Assembly: GCA_000320545.1 (NCBI GenBank)
Contig: ADNK01001509.1
Location: 1-64,000 of the forward strand
DNA length: 64,000 bases
Reading direction: 5' to 3'
Source: Bigelowiella natans CCMP2755
Lineage: Eukaryota; Protista; Cercozoa
Below, one piece after another: positions 63,236 through 64,000 of the stretch. The notes beneath the pieces are model-generated. The model saw only the letters and a list, made by a program, of their open reading frames with translations. It had not been told where the DNA came from and made no database searches. Position 1 is the first letter of the stretch. The number at the start of each line of letters is the position of its first letter. The translations under genes were made by a program, and so were the position numbers.

Positions 63236-64000
63236 ATGGATATATAGCTTGCTACTACTACTACCTCCACCACTCGGTTGTGTTGTGTGACCCAACTGCA
63301 AGAAGGAGTATCACCAACAACAAGAACCGCAAATGAGATCCAACCAAACATAATTGTCTACGCACACATACTACATATTTATAATATATACCTCAACACA
63401 TGTGTGGATATTAAATTCATGCAACAACGCTGTTTGATATGCTGCTTCAAACGATTTTTTAGAAGGTACTATTACACGTGGAAAGCTGTGTGGGATTTCT
63501 GGCTCTCCCCTCGGAACAACTCATGTGAGAAAGAGGAGCTTTTGCTGGACCTATCATGTACTCCCTTTTCATCGTCCCTATTGTTTTCAGTGATAATAAC
63601 ACACAACAGAATAGCAATGTCGTCAGTGCAAACCATAGGCTAGACCTGAAACACAGAACTCTCCTTGCAGTTTTTCCATGGTACGTATTAGTAAGTTTCA
63701 TGGATGAAAACAGTAAAATTTTAGATAAAAATAAGGTGAGAAATGCTGCTGCCTTTTCATCATTATCCTCGATGCACATTCCGCACCATTATCATCACCT
63801 CTTTTTACGCGTCTTCTCCGGGTCGAAGTAAAGCTTGTACTGCAATAATAAGCACTCATCAGGAGCAGCACTATCACAAATACGTGCGCTATGATAAACA
63901 TGCATACATTCATACACACATTCAATGCAAACAAAAGCATCTTGATATGATACTACGCTTGCCCGACCTGCACGCCATCGTCAAGTTGCGGCTCTAACGG
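56760..64000 (-). CDS. BCS1-like AAA+ ATPase, many short exons; 5' end probably beyond the window, 3' end approximate
   Basis: [11 protein letters not shown]|[23 protein letters not shown]|[43 protein letters not shown]|[27 protein letters not shown]. Confidence 0.88.

Noticed and set aside
1-64000. CRISPR arrays, rRNA/tRNA genes, intact transposons; poly-YI/CV/HT/ER ORFs
   Set aside because: No spaced direct repeats, RNA-gene signatures or transposase/RT motifs were recognised by eye; the repetitive ORFs are translated microsatellites.

Overview
Gene-dense, intron-rich, microsatellite-rich eukaryotic nuclear DNA from a protist. The style suggests a chlorarachniophyte such as Bigelowiella, but that is an unverified impression. 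By joining exons by hand I can support about 16 protein-coding genes: a hypothetical gene running off the left edge, an EHD/sarcalumenin-like NTPase, a secreted Cys-rich surface protein, a GMC oxidoreductase-TM-ABCG transporter fusion, a NYN+SAP protein, a 4-TM proteolipid-like protein, a GGCT/AIG2-like protein, an AlkB-type dioxygenase, a GT1 glycosyltransferase probably fused to an FkbM methyltransferase, a CCCH protein, an inositol polyphosphate multikinase, a 7TM receptor-like protein, a zf-CW protein, ADF/cofilin and a BCS1-like AAA ATPase. Two things stand out. (1) Three ~0.8-0.9 kb intergenic islands have almost no TpA dinucleotides except inside CTAG, while CpG is kept and CCGG is absent. 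This looks like the footprint of a locus-targeted, context-specific mutational or DNA-modification process running opposite to fungal RIP. (2) A tandem two-gene module at 8.4-17.1 kb encodes an anchored Cys-rich protein with LTP-like and NTF2-like regions, followed by an extracellular GMC domain (canonical catalytic pair replaced) fused to an ABCG exporter. All exon boundaries, alignments and counts were done by eye; no database searches were run.
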